From a virus: DNA of 64,000 bases. The position numbers and the translations under genes were made by a program. Of the stretch, positions 1 to 14,471 are shown piece by piece. The stretch lies in IMG/VR virus record IMGVR_UViG_3300046171_000185, positions 2,998 to 66,997 of that record; one strand, given 5' to 3'. Within the stretch, counting starts at the first letter, position 1, and the number at the start of each line of letters is the position of its first letter. The notes beneath the pieces were generated by a model that saw nothing but the letters and a program-made list of their open reading frames with translations, made no database searches and had not been told where the DNA came from.

Positions 1-117
1 GTTGATGCTAATGCCAATATAGATGGCAATTCATTTGATGTCGTTATTGTATATGACATTATAGGAGCGGACATTCCAACACAACAATTAGAATTCGTAT
101 TGCAACCAACAAGGTAA
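1..117 (+). CDS. gp25: 3' end of baseplate wedge protein gp25 (partial)
   Basis: Frame 1 reads VDANANIDGNSFDVVIVYDIIGADIPTQQLEFVLQPTR*. It lies directly upstream of gp6, as in T4-like cyanophages. Confidence 0.7.
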   Translation, partial: VDANANIDGNSFDVVIVYDIIGADIPTQQLEFVLQPTR

Positions 118-118
118 G

Positions 119-2186
119 ATGCCACTAGTAAATTTTACAAATTTAGACTTTGAAGAAGTCAAATCGACTCTCACAGAATATTTAAAATCAAATTCCAATT
201 TTACGGATTATGATTTTGAAGGTTCTAACTTATCATCAATTCTAGATGTATTAGCATATAATACGTACATTACTTCGTATAATGCCAATATGGTGGCGAA
301 TGAAGTTTTTATTGATACTGCAACTCTAAGAGAGAAATGTAATAAGCTCTTGCAAGAAATATTGGATATACACCTAAATCAAGAAAAGCAGCAACATCTT
401 CAATAACGTTCTTTGTTGACACAACCAACATAACCCCCGTACCAGCATCTCTAACGCTTCGTAAGGGGACCGTAGTAGCGTCTCAGGGCGTCTTTGGTAC
501 GTGGGTCGGGGTCATTCTGTATCTTAGACGATATAACCGTTCCTGTAGTAGATGGAATTGCATCTTTTAATAATATTTCCATTTTTGAAGGATCAAGTCT
601 AGAAAAGAATTTTACATATAGTGCTAGAAATCCACAACAAAAATTTATTTTACCAAATGCTGGTATTGATACTGAATTACTCAGAGTAACCGTAAAAAAT
701 AATCAATCCTCTACTGCATCTGTAACTTATACTCTGCAGGATAATTTATTTTATGTTGGATCGAGTTCTAAAATTTACTACCTTCAGGAAGTAGCAGATG
801 AAAGATATGAGTTATTTTTTGGTGATGGAGTTTTTGGTCAACAACTTGAGGATCAGAATTACATAACAGTTTCGTATATCGTAACTAATGGTGATTCTGG
901 AAATGGAATGAACCAGTTTAGATTTAATGGTAAGATAACCTATTCTAGAAATGGATTAGAATATACAGTTACTAATGGAATATCACTGCTAACTACTGAT
1001 TATAGTTCTAGAGGTGGTGATTCAATCGAGGCAGTTGAGTCTGTTAGAAAATATGCACCAAAAATTTATGCCACTCAGAATCGTGCAGTAACTGCAGATG
1101 ATTATGAAACTCTTATTCCAGCAAGAATATATCCAGATACTGAATCAATTTCAGGTTTTGGTGGAGAAGAATTAAACCCACCACAATATGGAAAAGTTTT
1201 CATTAGTATAAAACCAAAGTTTGGAGATTTCTTACCAAATCTGATTAAAGAAAATATTAAATTAAAATTAAAGAAGTATGCAGTTGCAGGTGTTGTACCT
1301 GAAATCTTAGATCTCAAATATCTTTATATTGAAATAAGTTCAAAAGTTTACTACAACACAAATTTAGCACCGTCACCAGCTAGATGTTTCTTCAATAGTT
1401 TCTAATAATGCGTCTAAGTATGCAAATTCTACTGAATTAAATAAGTATGGTGCTCGGTTTAAATATAGTAAATTTTTGAAAATTATTGATGATAGTCATC
1501 CATCAGTAACATCAAACATTACTATTATGAAGATGAGAAGAGATTTGAGGATTGTTCCAAATACATTTGCGGAATATCAAATTGGATTTGGAAATAGATT
1601 CCATATTAGAAGTAATGATGGATATAATATAAAATCTAGTGCATTCAGAGTATCTGGAATCCAAGAAAATGTTTATATAAGTGATATTCCAAGTTCTGAT
1701 GGATTAACTGGATCTATATTCCTTTTCACCTTACCTAATGTTGGGTCAGAAAATCCAACGATCTTACGATCCAATGTGGGAAGTGTTGATTATGTAAATG
1801 GTATAGTAACAATTAATGCTATTAATATCTTAGGTGGAATGGAAAAAGACGGTCAGCAAGTAATCGAAGTACAAGCGACTCCTTCATCAAATGACGTTGT
1901 TGGATTACAGGATCTTTATTTGCAACTAGATAATAGTAATAGCACATTCGAAATGGTTCCAGATCAAATTGCATCGGGAATTGACCCATCAGCTTCTACT
2001 TACACCGTATCATCTTCATACTCAAATGGAAACTTAGTTCGCCTTGGTGGACCAGACAATGTTACACCTACTGTAGTTACTACTGCAGATATTACTACTA
2101 CTAATAATTCTTTTACTGGAACAACTTCGACTTCCGGTGCTTCTGGTGGATCATCAACACCTTCGGGTGCTGGCGGCGGTTACTAA
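119..2186 (+). CDS. gp6: Baseplate wedge subunit gp6 (split into three ORFs by probable sequencing frameshifts)
   Basis: Contains LDFEEVK...FTDYDFEGSNLSSILDVLAYNT, YELFFGDGVFG, QNRAVTADDY and PPQYGKVFISIKP. ORFs 119-406, 494-1405 and 1476-2186 are colinear parts of one protein. Confidence 0.9.
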
Positions 2187-2206
2187 TTCAGAAATATACA
2201 AAAAAA

Positions 2207-5200
2207 ATGGCAGAAACAAGAATCAAGTTTAGCAACATCGTTAAGAGTCAACTCCCATTATATGTGGAGAATGAGTTCCCTCTTATCTCTGAATTTTTAA
2301 AACAGTATTATATTGGACAAGAATATAAAAGTGGACCTATTGATTTAATTCAAAATATTGATCAATATGTAAAACTAGATGAACAAACTTCAATAGATCA
2401 TGAAGTAATTTTATCTGGTGATACTGATGCGTTTTCAACAACCATTAATATAAACCTTGAAGATTCACCAAAAGGAACTACGGATTTTCCTAGTTCTTAT
2501 GGACTTCTGAAACTAGGTAACGAAGTAATAACATATACAGGAAAAACTGATTCGTCCTTTACTGGATGTATTAGAGGGATTTAACGCAGTAACTTCATAT
2601 CAATCGGATTCAAATCAAGGGGATCTTGTCTTTAGTTCTACTGAAGCAGCTGATCATAAAAAGGGTGATATTGTAGAGAATTTAAGTTGTTTATTTCTTA
2701 AAGAATTTTTAAAGAAAACAAAAATTCAATTTTTACCTGGATTAACTGAAAGACCACTATCTTCTAATTTAAATCAAAATTTATTCATAAAGCAATCAAA
2801 AGATTTTTATACTAGTAAAGGTACTGATCAGGCACATAAAATTTTATTTAAAACACTTTATGGGGTAAATGTTGAAGTTGTAAAACCAAGAGATCATTTA
2901 TTCACACCATCAAATTCAAACAATTTAGTTACATCTAATTTTTTAGTTGAACAGGTTAGTGGTGATCCAAATTCTTTAGAAAATAAAACCATATTCCAAG
3001 GCACAAATAGTGAAACATACACCCCATTATACAACGTTGAGGAGATTAATACAGGAACTGGAAAAAATTTCTTTAAACTCTCATATGATGATGGATATAA
3101 TAGAGATATTAGAGTTCTTGGATCTACGACAGGTAACTTTAAAGTTGCACCAAAAACTCATATAATTGGAAATGTTTCTGCTGGATCAACGTTTATTGAT
3201 GTTGATTCAACAATTGGGTTCCCAAACTCCGGATCTCTTTACGTAGATTATCCCACAGGAGTTGCTAACCAAACTGGTATTGTATCCTATACCTCAAAAA
3301 CAATCACCCAGTTCTTAGATTGTAGTAATATTACCGAAACTTTAATTGATGGTGATACATTAAGTACAGAAGATTTTGCCTTTGTAAAACCAGATGAAAA
3401 CAATTCATCAATTGTAGTTCGCCTCTCTTCAGTTCTATCTGGATTTTCAAAACAAGATGGAATATATGATTATAAACCAGGGGATAGTTTTAATATAAAA
3501 ACTCTTGGTGTTGAAGAAGATTCATTTAAATTTAAAAATTGGTTATATAATAATCCAGTAAAATATCTAATTGCAGATATTGAATTAATTGGAAATGTTT
3601 CACCAAAAACATATAAATTAACTTTAAACAAAGATAATTATTTGCTACTTGGTGATAATGTGACTGTTACTTCAGCATCAGGTATCGAAGTTTATAATGC
3701 AGAAATTTCTGATATTATTTCGTCTAAAGTTGTAACGATCAAGACTTCTGGTAATCTTATTACTGGTACAGAATATTACTTGCAACGAAATATAAGAAAA
3801 GCAACGTCTACATTTTTTCCACAAATTAATAAGTTTCATGCAAATATTCAGAATGTTTATAAAAAGCAATATGGAGATTCAATTTTAGTTGCATCAAACT
3901 CTTTACCTTCTTATAAAGAAAAACCAATTGTTGCAAATAAATCAACAAAAACTTTTAGTGGTACATTTGTAGGAACAACTTTAAATATAAAAGATCATGG
4001 ATATTATAGTGGAGAATCTATATCATATACCCCACAAAAAATTGTAAGACAGTTGAGATTGGTGATGGAGAAACTGCAGAAGAAACTACAATTTTGTCTT
4101 CATTATTTGGTGGAGATACTGGTGGTGAGGGAATATATTATATCTTCAGAGTGGATCATGATAAGATAAAATTGGCAAGGTCTTTAGCTAACTTATATAC
4201 CTCAAAATTTATAGTTATAGAAAGTACTACTGTTAAAGATAACATTTTAGAAAAATCTGAAACAAAGAATAAAAATACCGAGCCCCAAAAACTCTATAGA
4301 GAAATTGCTACTCCAATTAATAGTGATGTTGAAGTAAAAACCAAACCAGGTTCTACTGGAATTTTGGTTAATGGAGTTGAAATTTTAAATTATAAATCAA
4401 GGGATATAATTCACACAGGAAGACTAGAAGAAGTTAAAGTATCTTCACCTGGAATTGACTTTGACGTAATTAATCCACCAGAACTAACTATAACAGATCC
4501 GGTTGGAACTGATGCAACAGGATTTCTTGCGATCAATGGAAGTTTAAGAGAACTTAGAATTATTGATAAGGGATTTGATTTTACAGAAGTTCCTGTTGTC
4601 ACGATAACTGGTGGCAATGGTAAGATGCTAATGCACTAGTTAATCTAAAGTTAATTTCACACTCTCAAGAATTTTTCTCTGATCCTCAATCGAATAGAGT
4701 TGGTTTAGGAGTTACTCTTTCTACTATTGGATTTTCTACTTATCATAAGTTTAGAAATGGAGAACAGTTAGTTTATAAACCAAACTCTCAAAAAGTAGTT
4801 GGTGGACTTTCTACTGATGCAACATATTTTGCAGAAGTTATTGATGCTACTACAATTAAACTCCACAATACTGTTGGAGAGGCCATTAGTGGTATTAATA
4901 CAGTTACCTTATCTTTTAATGGTATAGGAAAACATACACTTGAATGTTCTTCTAAAAAAGCAGTTGTAGATTCTATTAACATTGTTAATACTGGATCTGG
5001 ATATCAAAATAAAAAAAGATCTGTTACTTCATCGGGAATTAATACTTCCTCTGATAATATTAATATAGAAAATCATGATTATAAATCTGGAGAGATATTG
5101 CGATATTCTTCTGGAACTACAAACATTGGCGGATTAAGTAATGGGAATAATTACTATGTTACGGTAGTTGATGATAACAACTTTAAACTATCTGAAATTG

Positions 5201-8200
5201 GATCTGCAGATGATGAAACTTTCTTCTATAAAACTAAACAATATGTAGATTTTAACACTTCTGGTAGTGGAACACATCACTTCAATTACATTCCCATCTC
5301 AGTATCAATTAAAGGTCCTGTTGGTATAGAAACTGTTACTGGAATTGAATCTAGTGCATATGAAGTTCAGGTTCAACCAATTTTTAGAGGAGAACTTACA
5401 TCGGTACATTTATCCGATAAAGGAACTGGATATGGAACTAATGAGATTATCAACTTTAAAAAACCACCCAATGTATCGATTACTTCTGGAAAAAATGCCC
5501 AAGTTAATCCAATAGTATCTGCTGACGGAAAAATTGTTGAAGTAATTGTAAATAATGTTGGATCAGATTATACGTCTATTCCAGATGTAGACATACTCTC
5601 TTCTTCTGGAATTGGTTGTGTTTTAACTCCAATAATTGAAAATGGAATGCTTCGTGAAGTAAAAGTTATTGAACCTGGATCTGGATATATTTCTGGAGAT
5701 GTTGATATTGAAATAGTTGCAACAGAAAGAGATTTTCAATTTATTCCTAGTCTGCAAACTTGGAGAGTCAATTTGTTTGAAAAATTATATAATAATAATT
5801 TAATCGGATCTGATGATGTAATTGTTAAAGCGGCATTGAATGAAAATTCTGGATTGCAATGTTACTCATTATATGCTCCTAGAGCATTGAGACAAATGAT
5901 TTATTCTGTTAGTGAGTCAGGAAAAACTCTTTACGGAAAATTAGATCTAAAATTAGTAAACTCTCAAGAAACAGATTTTACAGATCACTCACCTATCATT
6001 GGTTGGGCTTTATGATGGAAATCCAATTTATGGTCCATATGGATATTCAAATAAAAATGGGGGAGTAGTAACCCTCATGAATTCGAGTTACAAACTTAAT
6101 ACTTCACGTATAGGTGGTCCACCGGTATCAGTTTTCCCATTAGGATTTTTTGTTGAAGATTTTACTTATTATGAAAATGATGATGATAAGTATCTTGACA
6201 GAAATAATGGAAGATTTTGTATAACACCAGATTATCCAAATGGAACATATGCATATTTTGCAACAGTTAATCCAGATTCTGTAGAGTCTTCTGGAGTATT
6301 TGAAAGTTTTAAACTTCCAGTCTTTCCATATACTTTAGGTGACAAATATTATTCAACTCCTAATGAATTTAATTTCAAAAAATCATCAAACCAAGATGAT
6401 TATGACATTGAAGATAATAATTGGTGCAGAAATACAATTTCGTATAATTTAAGAGAGGATGGAGTTGATTACCCTTACATATATTCTCCAAATAATTTAT
6501 CCCAAACAGGAAAAATTGTATCTACATCTAGAGGAAAAGTTTCTAGAGTAGATGTAAAAAGTTCTGGAGATAATTATAAAGTTGGAGACACTTTAAATTT
6601 TTCAGACTCAGATAATACTGGATATGGTGCTGCAGGAAAAATTTCTAGATTAAAAGGTAGAGATGTTAATAGTATTAGTGCATCTATAACCGAATTGTCT
6701 AATGTGGAATTAATTCCTTCGAAAAAGAAAGGAACTTATGTTGTGGAATCTACATCACCGCATAATTTTAATGCATTAGATATTGTTGATGTTAATGGTA
6801 TTTCTACTACATCATCAAAAATCGAAGGATTTTATACAATCGGTGTGTCTAGTGAGAGATTTGCATTAGTTGGATTAGGGACTACAGGGGTTGCTGTTGG
6901 TAACACAAGTATTACTGGATTGGTAACATTCTTTAATGTATCTTCAAATTTAACTGGATCAAATATTGTACCTAATGATATTTTGGGCATTGGAACAGAG
7001 AGAGTAAAAGTTTTAAATATAGACACAAAAAATTCTAGATTTAGAGTTTTAAGATCTGTAGATGGAACTGTTGGTCGGTATTCATACTGTTGGATCTATC
7101 ATAATGAAGATTCTAGAAGATTTACTATTAACTCTGGATTTAAAACAACATTCAATTTAAAAGAAATAAAGAAGTATATTTTGAACCATCAGAAACTGTT
7201 GGTCTTGGAACAACCGCTGTTGGAATTGGATCAGTATTGCAATTTAGTTCTTTTGGATTAAATACTGTTGGTCTTGGAACAACTTTTGGTTCTAGTACTC
7301 TTGCAGTTCCTATTAAATCTCTTTACTTAAGAAATCATAATTTACAAACTGGTGATATATTAACATATTCCTCCAAATGGTGGAGCAGGTATTGTTTATA
7401 ATGAATATCAAAGATATTGGAGTTGCGCAACTTTAGCTGATGATCAACAATTGTTTGTTGCTAAAATTTCTAATGATTTAATTGGTATTGCAACTCAAAG
7501 AGTTGGTTTGGGATCTACTGGTGGATTTGATGGTGTAGGTAATTCTTCAAAAACATTTTCTTTCACTGGAGTTGGTACTGGAATCTAATCATAGTTTTAC
7601 AACAAATTACGATAATATTTCTGGAGATGTTTCAAAGAAGAACCGTAACTGTAACTACTGATGTGAATCATGGAATTCATGCAGGACATAAGTTATCGAT
7701 ATTGATGTTAATCCATCATTTACGACAACTATGCTGTAAAGTACAATATACACACAGAAGAGTGTTAGTTGGTATTGAAACTTTTAGTGCAGTTGGCGTT
7801 AATAGTTCAACTAATACTATTAATATAGTTAATCATGGATATGAAAGTGGTGATAAAGTAATTCATCACTTCAACTGCCCTGTGAAGGATTAGAAAATGA
7901 TAAAATTTATTATATTGTAAAAGTTGATAATGATAATATTAAATTATCAAATACTTATTACGATTCAACTCAACTTAACACCAAGTGTTGTTGGAATTTC
8001 TAGTACATCATTTGGTGAATTTGGATCTGATCAATCCCAAAGATTGATGCATATAGAAGTTCTACCATGAACTTTGATCTGTCAGATGCTACTCTTGCGT
8101 ATACATCTCAAGCTACTCAATATTCTGCATTTAAACTTAACTTCTACCTTGATTCTAGTTGCACCAAACTTTGGGAAACTGACGGATCATCTAATAACTT

Positions 8201-11200
8201 CTCTGTATCCAGATCTGGTAGTGTAGGAATAACCACAGACGCTAAAGTATCAGTTTCTATTGGAAAAACTACTCCAGAAAGACTTTATTATAAGTTTGAA
8301 CCAATTTCTGACGGAACATTACCTAAAGAAAAATTTGAAATAATATCAGATACGGAAGTTTTACAGAACAACTCAATTTTCTGTCAAAATAGTGTTTATA
8401 ATGGAAGTAGAAGAATTTCCATCGCAGGAACTAATTTCTTCAACTTTGAGTTAGCAGAAGTTCCAGAAATAGATTCTTATGTATCAACTTCATCTAGTAT
8501 TACATACACCACAGACTGTACACATACATCTGGCCCAATATCTACAGTAGAAGTTACTAGTTCTGGAAGAAATTACACCACTTTACCTTCAATAGTTTCT
8601 ATTAATACTATTGATGGAGAAAAAGGAGACCTTATATCTGTTAGTGATAGTATTGGTACTATTGAAAAGGTAAAAATTAATGATATTGGATTTGATTTTC
8701 CAACAGATAAAACTTTAAAACCAAGTGCTTCTTTACCACAAATCATTAATGTTGATTCTTTTGCTAAAATTGAAAGTATTACGATAACTTCTGGAGGTAG
8801 AGGATATTCTTCAGCGCCAGATTTAATATATTTTGACGGAAAAACTGGTAACGAAATAACCGATCTTTCGACTAAGTATTCTCTTGGTGATTCTACTGTA
8901 ACTATTTTAAGTAATACTAGAGGAATTAATAACTCTACTCCATCAGTGTTACCAATAAGAAATACTAATGGAGTTGGTATTAGTACCATTGGATTTAGTA
9001 CAATTACCAAAGATGTATCTGTTGAGATGGCAGTTGGATTTAGTGAGACATTCCCGTTTGAAGTTGGAGATCAAGTTATGATCGAAAACATTAGTATCGG
9101 TGGTACTGAAAAAGGATATAACTCTAAAGATTATGGATACAAACTATTCACTCTCACTTCTGTAACACCTAATATTGGTGGGATTGGAAGTGTTGCATAC
9201 AATTTATCAAACCACTTAAATGAAGGAGAAACCCCAGGAGATATTGATTTAATTAATTCTTCCGGAATGATAATCGCAGAAAAGGATTTCCCAACTTTTA
9301 ATATTCAATTAAGAACTGCAAATTATCTTAGTGGAGAAAGAGCTACTACTAATGGTAAAGAAGGTATTATTCAGAGTTGGGATAGAACAACAAAAACCCT
9401 TAGAGTTCTTTCTAGTGATAACTTTGTAAGTGGAGATATCATAAGAGGACTTACCTCAGAATTATCTGGAGTTGCATCTTCAGTAACTTCATATGAATCT
9501 TATTTTGAAACAGATGTTTCCTCTCAGATATTCAGTGGAACCCAAACTGGATCAGGATTTTTGAACGACAATTTACAAAGACTGCAAGATAATCTTTACT
9601 ACCAAAATTTCTCATATTCTTTAAAGAGTACAGTTCCATTTGATACTTGGAAAGATGCAATATCTTCAATAAATCATACTCTTGGATATAGAAAATTTGG
9701 AGATTTGCAAATTGAAGCAACAAATACAAATCAACCATTAACTGTTGGTATTACTACACAATTGACCGATGTTACTATTGTCAGCAGTTTGGATGGATTT
9801 ATAGATCTTAATTGTGTATTTGATTTTGATATTGCAACAGAAAATAATTTAAATTTCTCTGATGGGAGTAGAATTCTTTCTAACGAAATTGCTTTTAACA
9901 ATAAAATTTTAACTGATTTTTCAGAATCATCTGGAAATAGAGTTCTTTCTATTGATGATATAAGTGACAAATTTAATAGCAATCCAAGATCAACTGCTTT
10001 TAGTGTTCTTAACACGTTTAAGTTGAGTGATTCTAGATTTAGAAAATATTTTACTTATCTTAGAGATAAGAGATTTACTCAAGAGAGGCAAGCTTTAATT
10101 GTCGATCTTATTCATGATGATGCAATTGGGTATATTAATCAATATGCAAGATTGGAAACAGTATATGATCAAGGATCTTTTGACTTTTCAATTTCTGGTA
10201 CAGAAGGTCAACTTTTATTCTATCCAATTAAATCATCGGTAAATGATTATGATATTACAACAATTTCATATAATTTAAATGATAATTTCTTAAGTACTGG
10301 TTCTACTTCTATCGGGGGAGTTTTAATTGATTCAGAGAGCACAATAGTAAGTGCTGGAACGACTGCAACAATTGTAAGTATTGGTAATACATATCATTCA
10401 CTGAAAGTTCTTGTTGAAATTACACCAGATGTTACAAACCCATCGTATGGAAGTACTGCTACATTCAATGGCAATGAATATGAGGCTCAAGAACTTAATA
10501 TTGTTCATGATGGATCAGATGTTTCTATTTTAGAATATGGTAAGTTAACTACTTCACCGAGTGGATATAGCGCAATTGGATTTGGAACTTACACGGCACG
10601 TCTCGATGGATCAAACATTAAAGTTGACTTTAATCCATCTGGAATAGGAACTAATGCGATAGTTAATACTATTGTTGTTGGTTTGTCTTCAATATCTTCA
10701 GGAATTTCAACTGTTGATATTAAACATGCCAGATTACAATCCGTTATGACTGATATTGCATCATCTGGTTCTCCAACTGAAAATGTTGTTGCAGAATATC
10801 CAAGTCACATTTCTACTGAAATTGATAGATATGATGCTGGATATTTTATGATTCAGATTCACGATACAACAAATGATAGATATGAATTTTTAGAATATTT
10901 TGTTGTTGACGATCATATTGAAGGAGAAACATCTTCAGAAACATTCGATACAGAGTTTGCAAATATTCAAACTCACTCTGGGCTTGGAACTTTTGATTCT
11001 AGAGTAATAGCAAATTCTGTTGGACTTGCTGCAACTACTCAAGTTCTCTTTACACCAATAGCAGGAATTGATGCAAGAGTTCATGTTTATACAAATGCTC
11101 TTAGAATTGAGGATGATACAAAAGATATTATTGATTTCACTAATGGTACTATAGAAACGGGATATGGTACGTATACTGGAACTGATAGAGATATAAAGAG

Positions 11201-14200
11201 AGAATTTGAACTAACTCACAAGAACGATACTATTTTTATAAAAGCCTTTGAAGGAAATAATACTTCAATTGTCAACCTCGATTCAAATACAATTACAATT
11301 CCAAATCACTTCTATGTGACGGGTGAGCAAATTGAATATACTTGCCCTGGTATTGGAATTACTCAATCTATTGGTATTGCTCAGACTACATTCCCTGCAA
11401 CTGGTGTTACAACAACATTACTTCCAGAAACTGGAATATTTGCAATTAAAATCAATGACAACACTATTAAACTTGCTAGAAGTGCTGAAGATGCTTTAAA
11501 CTCAGTTCCTCAAGTTATTAATTTAACTTCTACTGGTGTAGGTGCTGCTCATACATTTACTGCAACGAATCAGAATGCAAAAGCATTAGTCGCTATTGAT
11601 AATCTTATTCAATCACCTATCGTTTCTACAGCACTTACAACAACACTTGCTGATGAAGTTGTCACTACTGACAATGCTGTTAAATTTACCGGATTAGGTT
11701 CATTCTTCGGAGGTGATCTGTTTAAGGTCGGTGATGAAATCATGAAGATTGAAGGTGTTGGTATCGGAAGCACAAACAGACTTGTGGTTCGTAGAGGTTG
11801 GATGGGAACCAACATTCAATCTGGTCTTGCAACTGGTCAACTGGTGACAAAAGTTGTTGGAAACTACAACATTGTTAGAAATACTCTGAACTTTGTTGAA
11901 GCACCATTTGGAAATACTCCAGTTGGATCTCCGACTAATCCTCCTGATGAAAGAGATTATGTTGGGATAACTACAAGTTCATCCTTCCAAGGAAGATCTT
12001 TCTTGAGAACTGCTGCTCCAAATACAACAAATGAGACCTATTCTAAAAATTATATATTTGATGATCTTTCTGATCAATTTAATGGAGTAGAAAACGAGTT
12101 TACATTAAAATCTAATGGATCTAATGTAGATGGAATTAGTAATGAAGGTGCAATCGTATTAGTAAATGACATATTACAAACTCCAGGCGAGTTACGTAAT
12201 TATACACTCAGTGAAGCTTCTGGTATAACAACGATTTCATTTGTTGGAACTTCTAGAGATTTGACTAATGATGTTGGACTGAGTACCTTCCCAAGAGGAG
12301 GAATGATTGTTTCTGTTGGTTCTACAGCAGGAATTGGTTATCAACCACTTGTTGCTGCAGGAGGAACCGCAGTTGTATCTTCTGCAGGTACTATTACTTC
12401 AGTATCGATTGGTAATAGTGGTTCTGGATATAGGTCTGGAATACAAACTACGGTTAATGTTAGCGTCGGAACTTCTAGTGTTACTGGTTCTAATTTAGTT
12501 AGAGTCGGAGTTGCGTCAATCAGCAATGGTAATATTGTTAGTGTTGCTATCACAAATCCAGGAACTGGATATACGACTACAAATCCACCGTTTGTAATCT
12601 TTGATAATCCACTTTCATATAATAACCTGGCATTAGAATATGTTTCTGGAACAACTGGACTTGGAACAGCTGGTGTAATTGATATTGTTGTTGGTCAAGG
12701 ATCCAGTGTTATTGACTTTAGTATTAATAACACTGGATATGGTTATGGTAACGGTCAAAGACTAACGGTTTCTGTTGGAGGAACGACAGGAATTCCAACT
12801 ACATCTAGTTTCTCTCCTCCAAATCAATTTGAAATTGAAATTGAAAAAGTTATTAATGATGAATTTACTGGTTGGTCTGTAGGTGTTATTGAAACATTTG
12901 ATGATGTTAGTAATTATATCGATGGAAGTAGAATTGATTTCCCATTATTAAAGTCTGGTGTTCCAATATCAATCAATAAATCTAAAGGATCTAAGATTGA
13001 ACTTGATCAACTACTAATTGTTCTTGTTAATGGAATTCTTCAAGTTCCTGGAATTGCTTACGAATTTAATGGAGGATCTCAGATAACATTCACAGAACCA
13101 TTGAAGGTTGAAGATACACTCGTAATCAACTTCTACAAAGGAAGTGGAGATGAGTTGGATGTTATTGAAAGAGAAGTAATCGAGACAATTAAATATGGAG
13201 ATGAAGTAACTCTCAATTACAATCCAGATCTTGGACAAAAACCATATCAACAGGAGAATGCAAGAACTATTAGTACTGTCACTAATGTTGATAGGTCTAA
13301 TACTCTTCCATACTTTGGTCCTGGTAACACCAGAGACACTACTTTTGAAAGACCTGTTACATGGTGTAGACAAACTGAAGACAAGATCATTAATGGACAG
13401 GGAGTTGGTAAAGATAGAGAAATCTATGAACCAGTTATTAATCCAGTGGCGAATATAATTAAACCAGTTGGTATTGGTTCCACTGTCATTTATGTCGATA
13501 GAATTAGACCTCTGTTCAATCTTAACAATGAAAATGCCGATTCTAATTTCAGAGCAAATCTAACAAAAGAAATAACACTGGTCAATCTAGATGAAACTGT
13601 AGGTGCATCTGCAACTGCTATAGTTTCCACTGCTGGAACTATTACATCAATTTCTCTTACCACAGGTGGGGTTGGATATTCTACAATTCCAGATGTAAGT
13701 GTTGGTCTTGGAACAACTACTGCGACTGCTACGGCAACAATCAGTGGCGGAGTTGTTACTGGAATTACGGTTACTAATGGTGGATCTGGATATACTCAGT
13801 CAAATCCACCATTAGTTCTGATTAGTCCTCCAGCAAAACAAACAGAAACCAACGAAGTTCAGTCTACTGGATATGTAGGAGATTCTGGAATAATTGTTGG
13901 ACTTGGAACAACTTCTATTGGTGTTGGATCAACTGGAATGACATTCCACCTGCACATTCCATATGACTCTGAAATGAGAAATACCGACTTAGTTGGAACT
14001 GCGGTAACTCTGAGTAGTATTTCGGCAGGAGATTACTTCATTGTAAGAAATTCCAACTTAGGATCAGCAACAACAAGTATAACTGCTCTTGGAACAGATA
14101 ACACTACAGTTATTGGAATTGGATCAGAGTTTATTGATAATGTGTACGTCGTTAATTCAGTTGGAATAACTACTCAAATTATTTCTGGAATCACTACTAG

Positions 14201-14435
14201 TGTATCTAAAGTGACCGTGAATACAAATATCAATCCAAGCGGAATATCTGGATTTACAACTGCTCCGTTCTTTGGTGAATATTCTTGGGGTAAAATTACC
14301 ATGGATGCAAGAACTAAAGACATTTCCTATCCAGCACATACATTATCTGGAATTGGTACAAATGAATTGACGGGAATATCCACTTCATCTAAGGTCTATA
14401 GAACCAAATATATTAGATTCAAAAAATTCACATGA
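2207..14435 (+). CDS. gp7: Giant (~4,000 aa) baseplate wedge initiator / gp7-like structural protein, frameshifted in several places
   Basis: Lies between gp6 and gp8. N-terminus SQLPLYVENEFPLISEFLKQYY; later RLQDNLYYQNFSYSLKS...HTLGYRKFG; YHYH-domain-like segment HSPIIGWA-YDGNPIYGPYGY...GRFCITPDYPNGTYAYF; many GxGY beta repeats. Coding-like sequence continues across the gaps between ORF fragments. Confidence 0.75.
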
Positions 14436-14443
14436 TTTTTTGT

Positions 14444-14451
14444 AATAAATA
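14444..14451 (+). promoter_or_regulatory. T4-type late promoter (AATAAATA) upstream of gp8
   Basis: Matches the NATAAATA gp55-dependent consensus in a short intergenic gap. Confidence 0.7.
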
Positions 14452-14471
14452 AGTAAAAAAGTCCGTCAAAA

